DNA of 64,000 nucleotides from NCBI RefSeq assembly GCF_036321535.1, contig NC_087447.1, positions 46,624,001 to 46,688,000 on the forward strand. Direction: 5' to 3'. The position numbers and the translations under genes are program-made. The notes under the pieces are model-generated. The model did no database searches. It worked only from the letters and a program-made list of their open reading frames with translations, and was not told the DNA's origin. Below are positions 55,342-64,000 of this stretch, piece after piece (position 1 is the first letter of the stretch; each line of letters starts with the position of its first letter). This stretch comes from Camelus dromedarius. Taxonomy: Eukaryota.

Positions 55342-58300
55342 ATCTAAGACAATGATTTTTCATACTGGTTCATACAGCCTTGAGCTTCTATGAAGGGGCT
55401 CAGCTGACGAGGTTCTACTGTGCACCCCATCCCTCTTTATTTGAGCCGGAGCAGCTTCTGCTTATGTCTGTTTTCTGTATTGGGTTCCATAGCAAAAAAT
55501 ATTTGAAAACCGCTGATCAAGGGGAAAATGCTTGAGTGCCTGAGTTAGTCTGTTCAGGAAGCGAACAGGTCATCCTCCAGGAGTACATGTTGGAGTGACT
55601 TATCACTTCACACCTTTGTTTAGTCTTACTTCCATGTACTTCTTTTACATAAAAATTACTGGTATCTGCACACCTAACCCTTCTTGCTGGAATAAGCTGC
55701 TTAAGAAATAGAGAAATGGGTTTGTAAGTTAAAAAGGTGAATAGTTGGGAATGAGGCTAGAGATTGAGATGAGCAGAAATGAATGATCAGAGTGACCTCA
55801 GTATATTGTGTGGGAGTGGGGGTTACTTGTTTTTATCGTTTGCAGTGGTACTTTATGGTTGTGTTGAATGGTCAATGATGACACTGAAGTATTGGGAATA
55901 AGTCATAATTGTGTATGGAGTTCTAGCTAGATATTGATCAATCAAGGTTTAGAGTGAGGGGAAATTACATTTTTCTAACAAAAAAATACTGTAAAACTAA
56001 ACAGAAACCTGCTTTTGAAGAGCTCTAGTTTGAGGCAACTCTGTCCTAACAGTCCTTTGGTATAGGCTGTATAATCCCTATTGTTCAGATGTAAAAATTG
56101 AGATCTAAATTTGAGTACCATGATTTAACTACAGTTGTACAGTAGCAAGTAGCGGTTTTTTTATTCCTTTTTTAACTTTTTATTTTGAATTGATTTTTGG
56201 ATTTACAGAGAATTGCAAAGATACTAAGTGAGAGAGTTTTAAATACAGTTTTATCTCACTCCAAAGCTAATGTACTCTTCAGTACTTCAGTTTGTAAAAT
56301 GAGTGTTACGTTAAGGAGATGAAAAAATGCTACTCAGCACAATGAGGAGTTGTATTAGATACTATGGATTATTTTAAATTAATTTATGCACTAATGGGAG
56401 AAATTGAACAAAATCAAGATGCCTTTTATTAGGGAAGCAAACATCTCATACACTCGAGTGGCAGGTATAACAGCAAATATATTGCATAACTAAAAACAGC
56501 TGGGAGGCATTAGTTTATGTAATAGTGTTGGAAAGGGGGAGGGGAAGGGGAAGTATTTTTATACTGATAAGAGCCTGCAGGGTCTAATCTGGGACAGTCT
56601 TGTGAAGCAGGTGAGGCTTTAGCACCAATTTTTAGAAAGAAGAGGGGACTTAGTTTTGAGAGAAAAATGAATGTTCTAACAAAGGGAATGGGTTGATCTG
56701 GGGATCAATCATAGGAAGGATACTGTAAAACAAGAGGATAGTGGGTACTTTTGCTGGGGTATGTTATTAGGTGACTAAGCTTAGGCTAATCTCTCTTACT
56801 TGGAATTCTCCCCAACTCCTATCCAGGGCGAAAATTAGCAGTCATTGTTCCATTCAGTTCAACTGCGGATGGTAATTCCTGTCTTTTCTAGTACTTTTGT
56901 GAAGATTAAATGAGAGAGTATATGAAAAAGTGCTTTGTAAACTGGAAAGTACTATACTAGTCCATTCATCTCACAAATATTTGGTGTTTTTGCTCTTTAC
57001 TGAGTTTGATACAGAGGAACTCAGTGACGTGGAAAAAAAATTACTTCCCAGTTGTGTAAGTTTCTGTTGTCAGAGAACAGCAAGCTTGCTTAGTCATTTA
57101 GATAGCACTTAAAATTGGCAGTTGACTGGGTGTTACCATATTTTAGAGTCTGCCACTTTTCTGGAAGAAAATTAAGGTTTGTTATTGTGCCCAGAGTTCA
57201 CAAAACTCACAAAAAATTGGACATCAGTTTATTGAGCTTTAGTTGGGACAGTGGGGGAATATTGGACTACTGGTGTCATTAAAGCTACCTCTTTCTTGTA
57301 TCTGACAGTCTGAATTATTAGAAGATTGAGCATAGAAAGCAGAGTAAGTTTAAGGGCATTTTCTCTTTCTGTACAGCACTATTTTATTTTTATTTTTTCT
57401 TTCTAAATATATGTTGCATAACAACAACAACAAAAAAGCAACAAATGTAAGTCAGTCCATCTGTAAAGGAAGTGGTTAATCTTTGTAGGAAAGTTCATTG
57501 AGGCCATGGGAATGCCTTATAAATTGTCAGTCCATGATAGAGATTACCTTTCTGCCAGTGAAGTGTCTTTCTCCTAATAGTGCTGGATCAATACTGCCAA
57601 ATGTGTTTGGGGTTTGTAGTTTCCCTATTTATAATGAGTGCAAAATCATTTCCCTTTAGTTGTTAAGTGTTCTTTCTTGAGGTCTGGACTCTAGGAGCAC
57701 AGCTTCTGGAGTCAGTAATAGCATTGTGATCCTGAGCAAGCTACTTCTGTCTCAATTTCACTGAGTGTGAAATAGGGATAAAAGTACCTACCTCACTGGA
57801 TTCTTGGGAGGTTTATATGAGATAGTTCTTAGATACACTTAGAACAGTGCTTGGGACATAGTAAGAACTCAAATGTTACCTAGTATTATTTACTCAGGAG
57901 GGTTTCAGTTTGGGCCAGGTTAATGTTTTGAAAGGATAAAGACTTGAATGTGTGATATGCCTTTAAACTTGAATGGATTTAGAAGTTCCACACATTTCAG
58001 TTTCTGGGATTATGTCTTTCTCTTTTTTCAGTAGTTTTTTTTTTAATGGAAATAGTGCAAATATCTGCATCCTGTCTCATTTCCCTTCCTCTCTCCAGAG
58101 GCTACCACTTTCATGTGTTTTACTAGCCTCTCTTTACTTTTACTATGTATGTATCCATAAATAACAGTTATTATCTTTCCAATTTTACATAAAGAATCTG
58201 CCTAATGTATCTTTTTGCAAACTGCTTTTTTTTTTTTTCATTAAACATCTTTTACTTGAAATAATTCTCTTAGGGTAACTTTGTTCAAATGTTCTGGTGG

Positions 58301-58661
58301 TGCTTTATTCTTGATACCATATCTTGGATACAAACTTAGCGGAGTGCTCTGATTCACTCCTTTAGTTGTGTGATTTAAGGTTAATAACGTCACTGTATAA
58401 TAAACTAAGTACACTTAATATATGCTTATCATATGAGGGAAAATGGGCTTGGTATTGAGGTATAAGGCCAGATAGGATAGGTACACAAGTAACCCATTCT
58501 TACCTGTGTACCTTTCTTGTGCTTGCTTTCTTTTCTTTCTGATCTCTCAAGGCCTAGTTCACTTTCTAAATCCTCAGGAATTTTTTTTCTCACATTTCCT
58601 TCTCATTTTCTGACATAATTTTGACTTCCTATTTCTTGGCACTTACATGCTCTTCAAGTTT

Positions 58662-60063
58662 GTTTTATTGACGTATAGTCAATTTTCAATGTTGTGTTAG
58701 TCTCTGGTATACAGCATAGTGATTCGGTTGTACGTATATATTCGTTTTCCTATTCTTTTTCATTATAGGCTATTACAGGAGATTGAAAATAGTTCCCTGT
58801 GCTATACAGTATGACCTTGTTATTTATCTGTTCTATATATAGTAGTTAATATCTGCAAATCCTGAACTCCCATTTATCCCTCCCACCCTCTTTCCCCGCT
58901 GGTAACCATAAGGTTGTTTATGGTCTGTGAGTGTTACTGTTTTGTAAATAAGTTCATTTGTGTCATTGTGTCATTAGGATTCCACATATAAGTGATACCA
59001 TATAGTATTTTTCTTTCTATTTCTGGCTTACTTCACTTAGTATAATAATCTTTAGGTCCATCCATNNNNNNNNNNNNNNNNNNNNNNNNNNNNNNNNNNN
59101 NNNNNNNNNNNNNNNNNNNNNNNNNNNNNNNNNNNNNNNNNNNNNNNNNNNNNNNNNNNNNNNNNNNNNNNNNNNNNNNNNNNNNNNNNNNNNNNNNNNN
59201 NNNNNNNNNNNNNNNNNNNNNNNNNNNNNNNNNNTTTCGAATTGGTTTCCTCCAAATATATGCACAGGAGTGGGATTGCTGGGTCATAGAGTAAGTTTAT
59301 TTTTAGTTTTTTAAGGAATCTCCATGCTATTTTCCATAATGGTTGCACCAAACTATGTTCCCGCCAGCAGTGTAGGAAGGTTCCCTTTTCTCCATACCCT
59401 CTTCAGCANNNNNNNNNNNNNNNNNNNNNNNNNNNNNNNNNNNNNNNNNNNNNNNNNNNNNNNNNNNNNNNNNNNNNNNNNNNNNNNNNNNNNNNNNNNN
59501 NNNNNNNNNNNNNNNNNNNNNNNNNNNNNNNNNNNNNNNNNNNNNNNNNNTATTTAAGTCATTGCCCATTTTTTAATTGAGTTGTTTTTCTGTTATTGAG
59601 TTTTATGAGCTGTTTTTATATTTGGAGATTAANNNNNNNNNNNNNNNNNNNNNNNNNNNNNNNNNNNNNNNNNNNNNNNNNNNNNNNNNNNNNNNNNNNN
59701 NNNNNNNNNNNNNNNNNNNNNNNNNNNNNNNNNNNNNNNNNNNNNNNNNNNNNNNNNNNNNNNNNNNNNNNNNGCCTTGATAGATTGCCCTACAAGAACA
59801 TAGCTATGATTTATATCAGAGAATGTTTTGCCTCTGTTCTCTTCTAGGAGGTTTATGGTATCTTGTTTTATGTTTAAGTCTTTAAGCCATTTTGAGTTTA
59901 TTTTAGTGTATGGTGTGAGGGAGTGTTCTAACTTCATTGATTTACATGCAGCCATCCAGCTTTCCCAACACCACTTACTGAAGAGATTGTCTTTTCTCCA
60001 TTATATATTCTTGCCTCTTTTGTCGAAGATTAATTGACCTTAGGTGTGTGGGTTTATTTCTGG
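58662..60063 (-). mobile_element. 5'-truncated L1 (ORF2 C-terminus and 3'UTR) with 13-bp TSD, antisense in NUP98 intron 1
   Basis: ORF2 peptides [24 protein letters not shown] and MDLKIIILSEVSQ; TSD gctcttcaagttt at 58649-58661 and 60064-60076. Confidence 0.9.
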
Positions 60064-60769
60064 GCTCTTCAAGTTTTAAATGTGTAGCTCCTTTCTTTGA
60101 TTATCAAAAATTACAAACTCAAAACCTGTTGGGGCCAGGCAGCTGATGGAGATGAGTGATACTGGATGGGTATTGTGGCACATTGGAGAATATGGCTGTG
60201 ACCAAAAGGGACAGTTCCTGCCATGCTCCAGACTGTTATTGTCATGAAGTGATTACAGTCCTCATCTGCTTAATTATTAGGTTTTTCATAAGAAGCCAAA
60301 ATTTTATTTTTCTGACACATCTGTATTTTAAATGTTATCAGCTAGTTTAAGACAGTATATACATAAACATTTCAACATACATACATACATACATATGTAT
60401 GTGTATAATATACCATATATGTATATAAATAAAACAGGCCAAAAAGTGTCTGCTGGTTGTATCCAGCCATTTTGTGATCACTTCCAAGCAACCTCTGAAA
60501 CCCATGTTAAATTCTACCAAGAATTTTTCCTTTCATGGCTTCCTTTTGTTGTGAGAATTAACTAGCATAATTTTATTTTTAAGTTAGAAGTTACTTCTGA
60601 AGTAACTTGATCATTCACACTGTGTTTTAAAAACACATTTGTGATGATTGTCATTAATTTAGAAAATGAGTACATCTATCTATTTCAGACCCTTTGTTAG
60701 GTTCTGGGACAGTAGACAAACGATACTGTCCCTACCATGGAGAAGTTCATTGTGTGTTGGGGAAGTTTG

Positions 60770-61185
60770 AGGGGTTGACTTCCTTGGGAAGCAGACTGAA
60801 TTGGAGATAGTTCTGCATGAATTTTACTAGATAGTGCGCTTGGGATCACCACCTGTGGAAGAGAAGAGAAGAAAGCAGGAATGGGCTGAGGGAAAAATTG
60901 AGTTGTGATAGTATCTTAATGGAAGCCTCAGCCAATCCATGGAGAGTATGAAGCTGTGGTTACCATTTAGAGTAACCCTAAGTTGGAGCCAAGAGGCCTG
61001 GCTTTTGGATTTGAGCTGTCTTTCCAAGAGGATATGACCTTGGATGAGGCAGCTGTCTTCAGCAGAGACAGTTCTGAAGAGGACCGACAGCTGAGGGCTG
61101 TCTTTTGGTAGTACTACTCAGTAGCTGGGATAGCAAATCCTTCAGTCCTAAAGGGGGATCTGTGTAATTGGTATTGTCACCAACC
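60770..61185. mobile_element. ERVL solo LTR (LTR16/LTR33-like)
   Basis: gggaagcagact...cttgggatcaccacctgtggaag...gacagctgagggctgtc...ccttcagtcctaaaggggatctg resembles recalled LTR16 consensus. Confidence 0.65.
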
Positions 61186-62629
61186 ATAGAAAGAGTCAGG
61201 GTAGAAATGTGGGTAAACCAATCATAATGTGCTGTGAAAGCCTAAAGGAATGACTGAGTAATGCTAAGGGAGTTAGGGAAGGCTTATAGAAGATAAAACA
61301 TTTGAGCTAGGTTTTGAAGCGTGAAATAGTAGGTGGTTTAGTAGGGGCAAGAGTAAAGAGGAAGGCATTTTTCATTGAGTCACTGACATTTCATAGCATA
61401 GTAGGGAAATTGATTTGTTTGAAGAGCAAAGGTTTAATGTATTAGCCATGTTTTAATTTCTAGCAATCATGATAAAAATTGTGAGGCTGTTTCCAAAACC
61501 TTGGTTTGCTTCCATGGTGATAGTTTAAAAAAAAAACCCATTTAGAATCCCAGTATGATCAGCCATGAGACTAAGCCAGGCTCATCCTTGCCAGAACCAA
61601 AGAGATAGGCTGAGCCTGAGTGAGAAGCTTTTATTTTCCAGGAGTGTAAATTGAATTTGGTCCCTGTATTGTACTTGTTCTTGGGTCTGAAACAGATGAA
61701 TTTCCTTGACTTACTACACAACGTTTTTTCTTGTTGTTTAGTAAGTGTCTTCCATCCTGGGATTGAGGCTGTCCATAGGAGGTCAGAGATTAAACTGAGG
61801 ATCTTCCGCTTATCACTTCTTTGGTCTTGAGAACCTTTAACTGATCCTGTTTCTGCATCTGTAAAATATAAGTGGTGATGCATAATACCATCCTTTTACG
61901 GTTGTTGAGATAATATATAAGAGCTTGTAAACTGTGAGCTGTTTCTCAGGATATTTTATTACTACTTAAAATCCCTTTGTGGAGTATATGTGTGATTCTA
62001 GGTTTCTATGTTATGATAAAATTATTAAAAATCAAATTTTGACTGTTAGAGGCTGTGGATCTGGTCTGTAGAGCCTAGTGCCACTGATACCAAAGTAACA
62101 CTAAAATCTGTATGAGAAAAAGTTTCATAGAGAAAAACTAAATTACTTGGCTTTCAAGTCCTAACATGTTTGCTGTATAGAAGATGTCAGATTTATATGA
62201 ATAGATTGCTGTTTGTAGGGGGTGAAAAAGAAAATGAATGGCAAATTTAGCATGATAACTGTACTGCAACTCACAGTTTTTCCTTACTGGTGATGGGTCA
62301 AAAAATTCAGTCAACAGATATAGGATTTAGTAGTGGCTGTGAGCCAACTCTAAATGAGTTGGTCCAAACATCTGACTCCTAGCACATCTGTCAATTCTGA
62401 GTGAACTGTTGAAAAGCAAATATATAGATAGGCCCATAGAGGTCTAGACTTCTCCTAAGTACTTCTAAGAATATTTTCCCTGGAAGGGAGAGTCACCAGT
62501 TAATATGATAAAGGCCCAATATGTCACTTTTCGACACCTGATAAATTGGGAAGGCAGGAAACTTCAAGCAGATCTCATTATTGAGAGAGAAATGATGATT
62601 ACCTGAAATATAGCCTCCAGTTCCAAGGG

Positions 62630-62800
62630 AGTGTATTAGAGTCATTTGAGGAGCCTTTCAAAATACAAATGTCTACATTCCCAACCCTGGACATTTTGGT
62701 TTCTTATTTCTGGAATGGAGCCTAGGGGACTGTATTTTGAAAAGCTTGCCAGTTCATTCTGATGTGCCTCTCTTGAACCCATGGTTTCAGTGACCTTAGT
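62630..62800. mobile_element. MER5-type hAT-Charlie fragment
   Basis: aaaatacaaatg...tctggaatggagcctagggg...tgtattttgaaaagc...gttcattctgatgtgc. Confidence 0.55.
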
Positions 62801-64000
62801 TTAATTGCAGGAGTTGTTAAATTCCTGGATATTGGGGTAAAGAACTAAGGGTTGGAATTTTTTTTCTAGAGGAGTTCAGAGGGCAGAATGTTGCTTTCTA
62901 TAAAAATCATTTCATTTTTCATCTTTTACAAATGTTGTACAGAATGTTTCAGGTGGAACTGTTTCACCTGGAAGTGCTAATGGGATACTGGAACATTGGG
63001 AGTACCTCAGCATGTTACATTTAATCCTATTATATGAACGGGGCATATGATTTTACTAGAAGAAAAAGCTGGTTTGTTATGTGTAATAGAAAAACCATCA
63101 TACCATACAAAATCCAAAGAAGCATGATTGGCTATTTTCTGAGTTTTCATATTAGAAGTAGTTTACTCATTTTCTTGTCTGCAGGCAGGTAAATGGTAGC
63201 AGATGTCTTAAGTTTAAGGAAAATTTATGGAGGGGGGAAAGGGTTTTACTTTTTAGTAAACTATACCTTTACCTTGTTTTCATTCAAATCTGGGGGCGGG
63301 GGGAATCAAACTTCACTTTCATACTTACGGAAACTTTGGTCCAATTCATTAAGTGACTAGGTGCATAGTTTGGATACTGGAGGGGACTCATTCATGCAAG
63401 GTGGGGGTTTTGACCAAAGGTTTTCTGTAATGTTCCCAGAAGAAGCAGAAAATAGATAAGTAGGGGACCATAGAGAATAGTCTTAAGAAGTAATCTCCAG
63501 AAGAATGTCAGCGCACCAGAATCTCTAGGGTTTAGAGATGGGAGGAGGGGGTGTGCATAGTTTGAAGAACAATTCATATTACAACATTTTATGTACACAA
63601 AATAGGGGAGGAACCTTTTTACAATGCACGTTATCAAAAATAAAGCCTGACAAAAATTTTAGCTTCTCTGGTGATTGGGATAACAGAATATTATTATAAT
63701 TTTTAGTGGATGTTCTGTTTAACCTCCTACATGGAACATATCAAAATCTGGTATAGTAGACCTGAAATCGTTATTTAAAAGGGGTTTAGGTTTAAAAAAA
63801 GGTCGAAAAACATTATTTTAAATGAATGGTTGTTGATGGAATTTGAAGTTTAACTCATGTTATGGTACTAATTCAATTAAGCCTCAATTTTACAAAATCT
63901 ATTTTGTCATATAGAGTTTTAGGATATTGAATGAGAATAAACATCATACTATTGTTTGAACAGGCCTGACTAAATTTGTAGAATGATAGATTTTCTGAAA

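Noticed and set aside
51000-64000. NUP98 coding exon 2 or intronic snoRNA/snRNA
   Set aside because: No MFNKSFG-encoding sequence and no convincing C/D, H/ACA or U-snRNA match seen.

Overview
Mammalian genomic window with the gene order STIM1 (5' end, - strand), RHOG (complete, +), PGAP2 (complete, -) and NUP98 (5' end, +), syntenic to human 11p15.4. The tRNA-Ala-derived Vic-type SINEs and the L1 3' end suggest a camelid (inference). It contains STIM1 coding exon 1, the single-exon RHOG CDS behind a 10.3 kb 5'UTR intron, six PGAP2 coding exons plus two candidate non-coding first exons, and non-coding NUP98 exon 1 sharing a bidirectional CpG-island promoter with PGAP2. A full-length GAPDH processed pseudogene lies between STIM1 and RHOG. 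The rest is mostly L1, L2, MIR, hAT-Charlie and ERVL-LTR repeats, and most ORFs in the track are spurious. The most notable observations are: (1) a tandem PGAP2 first-coding-exon module, with two intact paralogous exons (each with its own ATG and frame-incompatible through the best acceptor) and a probable third decayed copy between them; (2) a ~160 bp paralog of the RHOG distal 3'UTR inside RHOG's own intron; (3) a stop-free, in-frame PGAP2 last intron; (4) an out-of-frame uORF overlapping the STIM1 start; (5) a GAPDH retrocopy with an in-frame deletion of the catalytic Cys. No clearly new multi-gene system is demonstrable from sequence alone. Repeat subfamily names and human comparisons come from recall, not database searches.
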